Under the pieces are notes generated by a model. It was not told the DNA's origin, did no database searches, and saw only the letters and a list, made by a program, of their open reading frames with translations. Made by a program: the position numbers and the translations under genes. Below are positions 1 through 7,514 of a stretch of DNA of 12,275 nt, one piece after another (position 1 is the stretch's first letter; each line of letters opens with the position of its first letter). This stretch comes from Promethearchaeota archaeon (GTDB lineage Archaea; Asgardarchaeota; Lokiarchaeia; Sigyniarchaeales; SOKP01). Location: contig RDOE01000092.1 of assembly GCA_011364975.1 (NCBI GenBank), forward strand, positions 1 through 12,275, in the 5' to 3' direction.

Positions 1-182
1 AAACTAGCGCTAACACCTGAAATGAATAAAAATCCTGTTGCCCCAATAGGTTGAAGAAAGGCATATAACCAAACTTTTAACCAATGATCTTCAGGTCTTA
101 ACCAAAAAAGAATAATATGTCCATATATCATAAACCAAATTGAAAGGCCACGAATTGTATCAACACTATTTATTCTTTTCAT
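1..182 (-). CDS. DUF1624 / heparan-alpha-glucosaminide N-acetyltransferase-like membrane acyltransferase (5' part, runs off the window)
   Basis: Manual translation from ATG at 182: MKRINSVDTIRGLSIWFMIYGHIILFWLRPEDHWLKVWLYAFLQPIGATGFLFISGVSAS. It has the N-terminal R-x-x-S-x-D-x-x-RG...M-x-x-x-H and FLFISG motifs of this family. Open to the window edge. Confidence 0.8.
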   Translation of the reverse strand, partial: MKRINSVDTIRGLSIWFMIYGHIILFWLRPEDHWLKVWLYAFLQPIGATGFLFISGVSAS

Positions 183-613
183 TTTTGGGGAATGCTTAAT
201 TTTTCAATAAATTAGAGATCTTAACCATAGATTGTTTTTCAAAATTATGATCTGATATATGATATGTAGCAGACGTAAGAACAAATTAAGATGAAATTCA
301 AAATTATATAGTCTCATTAAAAAAATTTTAATAAAAAAAATTTATTAAAAAACCTATAGCTTCTTCCTAAAGCACATATAAAGTAACTTTACTAACGATA
401 ATAATTATTTGAAATGAAATTCTGAAGTTAATTATCAGATTTTTAATTTTAAACATTAAAAAGAAAAAATAATCTTCGTGAAACCTTCAAACTATTTTTA
501 ATGAAAAAACGAGAAATATGTCTGGTTTTAAATTATATTATCGTAATATTATATTGATATATTATCTCATTCTAGCTCCTAAATATTAAAAGAATCATTT
601 TAGTATTGAAAGG

Positions 614-778
614 GTGGTTTTAATAAAGCTCATAACATGTCATATACCGGAAGCGTATCTCAAAGGAATTGAAGAGTTAGTAAATATGGAATTATATCCC
701 AATCGTTCGGAGGTAATTAGAGTAGCAATCAGAGACTTACTTAAGACAGAGTTATCTACAATTCTAAGAAAAGAATAA
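614..778 (+). CDS. Ribbon-helix-helix transcription regulator (CopG/Arc/MetJ superfamily, CdrS-like), 51-54 aa
   Basis: Not in the ORF track (too short). Translation: (VVL)IKLITCHIPEAYLKGIEELVNMELYPNRSEVIRVAIRDLLKTELSTILRKE*. It shows an alternating beta-strand followed by the YPNRSE-x-IR-x-AIRDLL motif of archaeal RHH proteins. Start is GTG 614 or ATA 623; stop TAA 776-778. Confidence 0.9.
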   Translation: MVLIKLITCHIPEAYLKGIEELVNMELYPNRSEVIRVAIRDLLKTELSTILRKE

Positions 779-809
779 TTTTTCATTTTTTCCTCTCTTT
801 TATCTTCTT
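779..809 (+). terminator. T-rich archaeal-type terminator after the RHH gene
   Basis: Pyrimidine/T tracts (tttttcattttttcctctcttttatcttctt) directly follow the TAA. Confidence 0.4.
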
Positions 810-885
810 GGTTCTCTAATTTATCCAAACTCGCTGTTTAATAATTTAGATATATTTTTATTTCCTTTCACTTTAAATTTAAATT

Positions 886-1857
886 ATGTGGGATATCATT
901 TTATGGCTGTTGCTTTTTATAGGAAGCTATTTAATTATATTTTTTGCAGCAGACTTTTTTATTGATAATTTAAAAGATGTGTGTCTAATTTACAAGCTCT
1001 CTCCCTTTATAATAGGGATGCTAATTTTAGGCATAGACCCTGAAGAATCAATCGCATCGATTGTGGCGGCAATCAATGGTCTACCATATATCTCTATGGG
1101 GAATGTTATTGGAAATTCTATTATTGCTATGACACTTCCTTTTGCTTTACCCCTTTTAGTTAAAACTTTAAATTTCAAACCACCAGCAACATTTTATTTT
1201 GTAATGCTCTATTGTTTAATGGTAATAGCCTTACTAGGATTTCTCTTTAATTATATACTTGTCATTTCAGGATTAATTGCCTTAGGCGGATACATTACTT
1301 ATCTTATAAGGAATATAAGTCATCATAAGAAAGAACAAGAATTTGAAATGGAGGTTATAGAGCAAGAGTTAGAAATTAATGAAGAGGAAATAAAAGATTT
1401 AATAAGCGAGTCAAAAATCAAAAAAATAATATACATTATCATAGGATTAACATTTGTATTCATTGGAGGTGAATTATTAGTATTTTCCGCAGAAAATCTA
1501 ATTGACCTTTTTAACATCCCGGAAATTTTTTTTGGATCTGTTATCATTGGATTTGTTACAAACGTTGAAGAGATTACGTTAGTTATCAAATCTATCCAGA
1601 AAAAATCAATAGAGATTGGTTTTGGAGGGATGATAGGGAAATTAATATGGAATCTTACTATTACATTTGGATTAAGTGGAATAATAATTATGAATATAAA
1701 TTTTAACTGGATTTTGATCTGGAATTGGCTCATTTTAATAGGAATTATAATATTCTTTAATATATCCTCAATAAAAGGAAAGTTAAAAAAAAGAGATGGA
1801 ATTATATTATTTTCAGTGTTTATCTTCTTTATTTTACTGAATTTCTTATTAATATAG
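886..1857 (+). CDS. Cation:calcium (CaCA, YrbG/NCX_Mj-like) antiporter family protein with divergent alpha-repeats
   Basis: 323 aa with two 5-TM halves and an acidic loop. Alpha-1 is GIDPEE...GNVIGNS and alpha-2 is VTNVEE...GGMIGKLIWN. The C-terminal L-K-K-R-D-G-x-x-L pattern is typical of the family. Confidence 0.85.
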   Translation: MWDIILWLLLFIGSYLIIFFAADFFIDNLKDVCLIYKLSPFIIGMLILGIDPEESIASIVAAINGLPYISMGNVIGNSIIAMTLPFALPLLVKTLNFKPPATFYFVMLYCLMVIALLGFLFNYILVISGLIALGGYITYLIRNISHHKKEQEFEMEVIEQELEINEEEIKDLISESKIKKIIYIIIGLTFVFIGGELLVFSAENLIDLFNIPEIFFGSVIIGFVTNVEEITLVIKSIQKKSIEIGFGGMIGKLIWNLTITFGLSGIIIMNINFNWILIWNWLILIGIIIFFNISSIKGKLKKRDGIILFSVFIFFILLNFLLI

Positions 1858-1870
1858 CTTACACAAAATA

Positions 1871-2716
1871 TCAAAAGAATAATAAACTAATTGATATAAT
1901 GAACATTCCTGTAATAATTCCCAAAATTGAGATATGTTCCTTGCCTAATGATCGAGAAACAGGTAATAGCTCATCTAATGAAATATAAATCATGATACCT
2001 GCTACTATAGCGAGTATTGTATCAATTATGTAATCATTTATAAATGGAAATAGCACTAACCAGACAATTATTCCACCTAAAGGTTCACTTAACCCAGTGA
2101 TAAAGGACCAAAGAAAAGCTTTTTTTTTATTTTGATTGTTTGCAGCATACACAGGAACTGCGACAGCAATTCCTTCGGGGATGTTATGAAGGGCTATTGC
2201 CACTGCTAAAAGGATTCCAAGGTTAACTTCCTTTAAGGCCCCCAAAAATGTTGCCATACCCTCCGGGAAATTATGGATAAATATGCCTATTGCTATTAAA
2301 AGAGATGTTTTTTTTAACCCCTGATATTGGTGCTCTTGATGACGATGTCGATGTTGATGTCTACGACTTCTTTTATGAAATTTATAATGAAAACTCTCAA
2401 ATTGAGGAGTTAATTCGGGGTTCTTACTTATTTCATGCTCATATTCATAGTAATGGGATATTCCTATGTCTATGACAAGCATTATAATCATTCCAGCAAA
2501 AAAGAAAATCATTGCTAGAAATAAACCATTTCTGGCAATACTTTGTTGCAACAATTCCACAAACGATATTAATATCATTACTCCTGCTGAAAAACCCATA
2601 ATGAACGAAATAAATCGCGGATTTGGTTTTCTCACGATAAAAGCAAATAAACTCCCGATGGTTGTTGACAATCCTGCTAAGGAACTCAATAATAGAGCAA
2701 ATAAGAAATCTTCCAT
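1871..2716 (-). CDS. zupT: ZIP-family zinc/divalent metal transporter ZupT
   Basis: AGLSTTIGS, GFSAGVMILISFVELL, IHNFPEG, LHNIPEG, GLSEPLG and VAGIMIYISLDELLP are ZupT signatures. ATG at 2716 is preferred over the track's TTG at 2725. Confidence 0.92.
   Translation of the reverse strand: MEDFLFALLLSSLAGLSTTIGSLFAFIVRKPNPRFISFIMGFSAGVMILISFVELLQQSIARNGLFLAMIFFFAGMIIMLVIDIGISHYYEYEHEISKNPELTPQFESFHYKFHKRSRRHQHRHRHQEHQYQGLKKTSLLIAIGIFIHNFPEGMATFLGALKEVNLGILLAVAIALHNIPEGIAVAVPVYAANNQNKKKAFLWSFITGLSEPLGGIIVWLVLFPFINDYIIDTILAIVAGIMIYISLDELLPVSRSLGKEHISILGIITGMFIISISLLFF
2336..2359. repeat. Imperfect 6-bp tandem repeat (nngatg x4) encoding HQHRHRHQ in the ZupT loop
   Basis: ttgatg acgatg tcgatg ttgatg on the + strand. 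Confidence 0.7.
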
Positions 2717-2761
2717 AATTATCAACTATCTCAAGTGTGTCTTAATTTCAATACTAGCAAA

Positions 2762-2781
2762 TAATCATATATTAATGATTA
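2762..2781. promoter_or_regulatory. 7-6-7 inverted repeat near the zupT start
   Basis: TAATCAT-atatta-ATGATTA, about 45 nt upstream of the zupT ATG. AT-rich, so it could be chance. Confidence 0.3.
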
Positions 2782-2848
2782 GATTACCTTTTAATTTTCT
2801 CTGTGATCTCTTCGTTCAAGCATTTAATCCAATTTGAAGAATGCTTTA

Positions 2849-2862
2849 TTAGGCATGTCTAA
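2849..2862. promoter_or_regulatory. Candidate DtxR/IdeR/MntR-family operator upstream of zupT
   Basis: TTAGGCATGTCTAA is a 14-bp palindrome with one mismatched pair and fits TTAGG-N4-CCTAA. It lies 4 nt downstream of a minus-strand TATAAA (2872-2867). Confidence 0.55.
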
Positions 2863-3123
2863 ATACTTTATATCTGATCTTTGTAATTGATTCTAAATAT
2901 TTAAAGATTTTGAATCTAATTAATTCAAAGGGATATTCTTTTCTGAAAACGTTCGCAATTTAAAAAGAGGATATTTATTCAATCTCAAAAATAAGTATAA
3001 ACTTACTTTATATACTAATCAACTTTCTATTTTTTTGCTGTATCTAAATATTATAAATAAAATGAAGATTTTTCCCATATAATACAAACTTAAACACTTC
3101 AATGAATGAGAGGAAAATATACA

Positions 3124-3618
3124 ATGAAACAAGTTAGTAATGAAGATAAGTTATTTTACTTTGAAAGAAATTTTGTGACCTTAGATGGTCTTTGGATGTT
3201 AGAAATAGAAAAAGAAATCGGATGGGATCGTGCATTAAAAATAGATGTAGCAGTATGGACAAAACTATTGAAAATAATAATAAGGAGAATTAAAAATTAC
3301 CTAAAAATAAAGACTGATACCTTACAAGATTTAATAGAAATTATTACCTTTAGATGGTCTATAGAGGGATGGAAGTATCAAATAGAAAATATTTCAAATT
3401 CCGAAGTAATAATCAATATTACAGAGTGTCCTTATAAATCCTCTATGGATCGGAATCCTGAACGTCAAAATAAAATACCTATAATCTGTAAACATATGTG
3501 CGAGCCGTTTTATAAAGATGCATTTAAAGATTTTAATCCAAAAATCAAATTAGAAAGAAAAAAATCAATGGGGAATGGAGATAACATCTGCGAGTTTCAT
3601 TTTTTCTCAAAGGAATAA
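3124..3618 (+). CDS. DUF6125 / V4R-like (ATC-hydrolase-like) Cys-rich small-ligand-binding protein
   Basis: LDGLWM..IEKEIGWDRALKID..VW N-terminus, then TECPY...ICKHMC...GDNICEFHF Cys pattern. ATG 3124 follows GAGAGGA; the alternative start is 3106. Confidence 0.75.
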   Translation: MKQVSNEDKLFYFERNFVTLDGLWMLEIEKEIGWDRALKIDVAVWTKLLKIIIRRIKNYLKIKTDTLQDLIEIITFRWSIEGWKYQIENISNSEVIINITECPYKSSMDRNPERQNKIPIICKHMCEPFYKDAFKDFNPKIKLERKKSMGNGDNICEFHFFSKE

Positions 3619-5474
3619 ATTTGCTTTAAAAATTCAAGTTCATTTTTTAGGGAGGTAAGAATATATTCTTTATATTTTTCAGGTAGAGCATAGATTTGAA
3701 AAACTCCTTCATCAATTTCTTGCCAGATTTTCGCATTAAGTTTATCGATTTTTCCCTGGCTTCTCTTGAAAGCTTTCATTATTGCTTCTACTTTATTATT
3801 AATAGTTAATTTTACATTATTATCTATATTTTTCAACGGGAGATGTCTAATCATATACTGATTTAAATTAATAGTTGTATTCCGTTGGTTATTTATTGCG
3901 TAAAGACAATAAAATTGAATTACGGAAGAGTTAATAAGGGCACTTAGATATTTTAAATTCTCATTATTTTCATCTAAGAGAGAATAGATTGAAGAAGTAA
4001 AGCATAGACAATCCTCTGAATATGTAGCTTGGGGAAAAATATTATTATGTTTAATAATTAGTTTAGGTTGTATGTAATACTCAAAATCTTTTCCTTTTAA
4101 AATGTTTGAGCCTATATCTTTAAGATCAAATGTTTTATTCTTTTTATAATAATAATATTGGAGGTCATCCTTTGCATAAAGAAAATTACAATTACCTTCA
4201 CCATTACTTTTTATAAGTTTTCGTATCTCCTTCAACCCATAATCCTCTTCTCCCCGAATCATCTTAGGGAAGTCCCTTATATTAAGAAAGTTTAAATCTC
4301 CTTCTCGTTCTATTTTTTCTATAATATCTTTGGAAATTTTATTAACTTTGATTCTAATTCTATTTAACGGAGTAGTATTTGCCCCACAGTAAGGGCATAT
4401 TGGTGCAAAAGTGTAAACAAAAATTTTTCGAACTACACTGCAAAGAGGACATTTTTTATTGAGACAAACTCTTAGATTATCATAATTTTGTTCGGGATAA
4501 ATAATTATTTCTTCATCCGGATAATTATAAACCAATAAAGGAGGGGAATTACCTAAATTATTTTCAAATATTATGATTTGTACTTCATTAGTAGCTCTTT
4601 TAAACAAATTTGGGCCAATATCAAAAATTTCAAGAAGATTTGCCTTGGATAAAAATCGTTGTCTAAATTGTAGATAGCTTTGCCTTAAAAGGAAACTTTT
4701 TGGTACCAAGAATCCGATAATTCCTTCTGTCCATTGAAGAGATCTTAATAGAAAAGCACAGTATATATCATTATAATATACCTTTTGTTCTTTTAATAAT
4801 TTCTTTTCTTCAGTTTTTATTATATTGCCGTAAGGGGGATTTCCAACAATCAAATCAAACTTTTGATTTTGTTGGTCAAACAAACTATTAATCATTGTAA
4901 GATTTGAAGATATAACTTTGATTATTTTTTTAAAATCAATTACCATATCACTCATGGCCCAGTAAAAAAGTTTCATTTTACAAATTTTAAGAGCAGATTG
5001 ATTGATTTCAAACCCAAAAAGATTTTTTAGTAAAGAAAGCTTAATTTCTGGTAATTTTGGTTCGGGATGCAATTTAGAAACTAAATTAAAGATAATTTCC
5101 AAAGCACTTAAAAGAAAAACCCCTAATCCACAGGCGGGATCACAAATCCTAACTTTCATAAGAAGATGACAGACTCTATCTTTAATATCATCATTAAAAG
5201 AAATAATTTCATTAATATTCTGTATTTTTACGTCGGGAATATGTTTTTTTACATATATCGTTAACGTTCTTGTGAGTATAAAATCAGAAATCTTTTGATT
5301 CGTATAAAATGCGCCAAATTTCTTCTTTAAGTGAAATGATTGTTCAAAATTACGTTCGATTGATTCAATTAAAGATGTTCGTTCTTGGATAATCGATAGA
5401 TCTTCATTATTAATTGCATTTAAAAGTAGATCATATATTTCATTGATTTCTTGTTCAAAACTATTAGTTTTCAT
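3597..5474 (-). CDS. Gamma-class amino (probably N6-adenine) DNA methyltransferase, TaqI/Eco57I-like, with no nuclease domain evident
   Basis: Motif X GAFYT, motif I ICDPACGLGVFL, motif II GFEIN, motif IV FDLIVGNPPY. TaqI_C-like TRD (PKLII..., YLSALINS, IRHLP) and C-terminal EID..VF..Y helix. Confidence 0.9.
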   Translation of the reverse strand: MKTNSFEQEINEIYDLLLNAINNEDLSIIQERTSLIESIERNFEQSFHLKKKFGAFYTNQKISDFILTRTLTIYVKKHIPDVKIQNINEIISFNDDIKDRVCHLLMKVRICDPACGLGVFLLSALEIIFNLVSKLHPEPKLPEIKLSLLKNLFGFEINQSALKICKMKLFYWAMSDMVIDFKKIIKVISSNLTMINSLFDQQNQKFDLIVGNPPYGNIIKTEEKKLLKEQKVYYNDIYCAFLLRSLQWTEGIIGFLVPKSFLLRQSYLQFRQRFLSKANLLEIFDIGPNLFKRATNEVQIIIFENNLGNSPPLLVYNYPDEEIIIYPEQNYDNLRVCLNKKCPLCSVVRKIFVYTFAPICPYCGANTTPLNRIRIKVNKISKDIIEKIEREGDLNFLNIRDFPKMIRGEEDYGLKEIRKLIKSNGEGNCNFLYAKDDLQYYYYKKNKTFDLKDIGSNILKGKDFEYYIQPKLIIKHNNIFPQATYSEDCLCFTSSIYSLLDENNENLKYLSALINSSVIQFYCLYAINNQRNTTINLNQYMIRHLPLKNIDNNVKLTINNKVEAIMKAFKRSQGKIDKLNAKIWQEIDEGVFQIYALPEKYKEYILTSLKNELEFLKQIYSFEKK

Positions 5475-5607
5475 TTTAAAGCAATAATAAATATTCTTTG
5501 TGATCGTTAAATTAATTTTAATAAAGAATTTAACATATAAACTCTAATAATAATATGGAGATTATTGTTTTACCTTAAATAATTTCATATTGAGTAATTT
5601 GTAAATT

Positions 5608-6099
5608 ATGACTGATAAAAAAGAAAAAGAAGATTATCAAGGAGTAGCTCCTGTAAAAACAATTATCAAGAAAATGAAAAAGGAGTATGATAAAGATCCC
5701 AAAGATTGGCGAATTATTGGTTCTACAGATAACCATGGAAATTATGACACACTTATTACAAAGGATCCAGATGTATATTGGTTGAAATCAAAGGCTTTAA
5801 GCCCCTACTCTTCAATGACCATGGGATCAATTGCACGAAATATCAACAAAGATATAGATGAAAGAGTAGGAAAACGATTATCTGCTGATGAAATGCTAAG
5901 ATTATTTGGAATGATTGTTCCAATAAAAACGGATCAAAATATTATAGCAGCAGGGATTGAAAAATATTCACAACAGCACGGTGATCATTTAAAAAAAGTA
6001 ATAGGAGAACAAAACGCAAATCTAGGATATCATTTAGCAAAAAGAATTGACGAGGAATTTACCAAAAAGCATCCTCAGAGAAAAAATTTATATATTTAA
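5608..6099 (+). CDS. Hypothetical protein, 163 aa, resembling a conserved uncharacterised archaeal family
   Basis: Clean ORF with ATG start and host-like composition. The Y-x-K-D-P-x-D-W-R and W-L-K-x4-S-P-Y segments recall euryarchaeal hypotheticals (from memory, unverified). Confidence 0.75.
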   Translation: MTDKKEKEDYQGVAPVKTIIKKMKKEYDKDPKDWRIIGSTDNHGNYDTLITKDPDVYWLKSKALSPYSSMTMGSIARNINKDIDERVGKRLSADEMLRLFGMIVPIKTDQNIIAAGIEKYSQQHGDHLKKVIGEQNANLGYHLAKRIDEEFTKKHPQRKNLYI

Positions 6100-6172
6100 G
6101 ACTAATATCGTATGATTTTTACTTATCAAATTACTTTATAGGATATAGGGTTAAAAAAGATAATTAAATATA

Positions 6173-6589
6173 TTATAACCTACTTTTTAGAAGCTGAAGC
6201 TCAGCTTTAGTTTTAATTATTGGAAATTTATCTGAATAATTAACTGTATTATCTATGAGCTCTGAAATAATTGATTTCATTTTCTCAGTACCAGATTTAT
6301 TTTCTAACGACGTAGCATACTCCTTAATCAATGAAATTTTTAAATCCTCAACATAAAAAGAAATTCCCTTTTCTACTTCCTCCATTAAAAACTGAAATGA
6401 AAGATCAGCATCTCTTTCAGTAATAATTAATGGTTCTTCAGGATCCTCAAATGTATAGGATATCTCCTTCCACCTATTCCCCTCCGGATCAATAGGAACC
6501 ATCCCAAATATATAATCCTCAGAATAAATCCAAAATGGAGTTCCATTATCAAATGATGAATCTATTATCTCCTTAAAATCTTCACTCAT
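6173..6589 (-). CDS. Hypothetical acidic protein, 138 aa
   Basis: Clean ORF with ATG start and no competing ORF. Aromatic beta-rich N-half, helical C-half, no recognised motif. Confidence 0.75.
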   Translation of the reverse strand: MSEDFKEIIDSSFDNGTPFWIYSEDYIFGMVPIDPEGNRWKEISYTFEDPEEPLIITERDADLSFQFLMEEVEKGISFYVEDLKISLIKEYATSLENKSGTEKMKSIISELIDNTVNYSDKFPIIKTKAELQLLKSRL

Positions 6590-6743
6590 AACTATTCAAT
6601 CTCATTGATAGTTTATTAATTTTAACAGTATTAAAGTAATTAAGATTTTTTTTTCTAATATATTATCTTAGAAGTTTTATTTGAATCTTATGATTTTAAT
6701 CGTTTTAATTTAATTTTTATTAGAGAAAGGACTAGTATCTTAT

Positions 6744-7514
6744 ATGCGTAAACTAAATTATGAAAAATTGGTAACAGCTATTCAATACTGGATTAAAGAT
6801 TACTTTGAGCTTGCTAATGCAGATGGGTTAATCATTGGAATAAGCGGAGGGATAGATAGTTCAGTAACTGCAGCTTTATGCGTGAATGCGATAGGTAAAA
6901 ATAAAGTGTATGGATTAAGTTTACCATGTGAATCAATTTCTGAAGACATTGAAGATGCTAAACTAATTGCCAAACAATTAGGATTTAATTTTAAAGTAAT
7001 AGATCTAACGGCCATATACAGAAAGTACTTAAATGATCTAACACCTTTTATTAGTCCTATCAAAAAGGCTACTGCAAATTTAAAATCAAGAATGAGGATG
7101 ATAACATTATATTATTTTGGACAATCCTTAGGGAATTCTTTAATCGTAGGTACTGGAAACCGAGCAGAAATAGCAATTGGTTATTTTACAAAATACGGTG
7201 ATGGTGGAACAGACATCGAACCAATTGGGAGATTATTTAAACAAGAAGTTAGAGAAATTGCAAAATTATTGAAGATTCCGGATAAAATTATAAATAAACC
7301 ACCATCTCCGGGGCTATGGTTAGGTCAAACTGATGAAGGGGAAATTGGGCTCTCTTATAATATTATTGATGAGATTCTTTATAGAATAGATAATGATTTA
7401 GATTTTGAAGGGCTAGAGAAAAACAATATTGAAAAAGTAAAAGCATTGATGCGGAACGCAGAACATAAATTAAAAATGCCACCTATGTTTGATATAGGGA
7501 ATATTACAAGCTAG
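6744..7514 (+). CDS. nadE: NH3-dependent NAD+ synthetase
   Basis: PP-loop SGGIDSS, ANLKSRMRM..LY, GTGNRAE, GYFTKYGDGG and KPPSPGLWLGQTDE. 256 aa with no glutaminase domain. Confidence 0.97.
   Translation: MRKLNYEKLVTAIQYWIKDYFELANADGLIIGISGGIDSSVTAALCVNAIGKNKVYGLSLPCESISEDIEDAKLIAKQLGFNFKVIDLTAIYRKYLNDLTPFISPIKKATANLKSRMRMITLYYFGQSLGNSLIVGTGNRAEIAIGYFTKYGDGGTDIEPIGRLFKQEVREIAKLLKIPDKIINKPPSPGLWLGQTDEGEIGLSYNIIDEILYRIDNDLDFEGLEKNNIEKVKALMRNAEHKLKMPPMFDIGNITS

Noticed and set aside
316-352. A/T-tract inverted repeats in the first intergenic region
   Set aside because: Pure A/T low complexity; no information beyond base composition.
640-828. 62-aa minus-strand ORF in the track
   Set aside because: Antisense shadow of the RHH gene on the + strand; no motif.
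990-1874. Minus-strand ORFs 990..1178 and 1323..1874
   Set aside because: Antisense to the hydrophobic antiporter gene; Ile/Asn/Lys-rich shadow frames.
2290-2837. Plus-strand ORFs 2290..2475 and 2466..2837
   Set aside because: Antisense to zupT. The DDDVDVDV run just mirrors the His repeat.
2792-2857. Two 10-codon minus-strand uORFs (MPNKAFFKLD, MLERRDHREN) upstream of zupT
   Set aside because: Too short to support, no metal-binding composition, and the first starts inside the putative operator.
6800-7063. 87-aa minus-strand ORF
   Set aside because: Entirely antisense within nadE.
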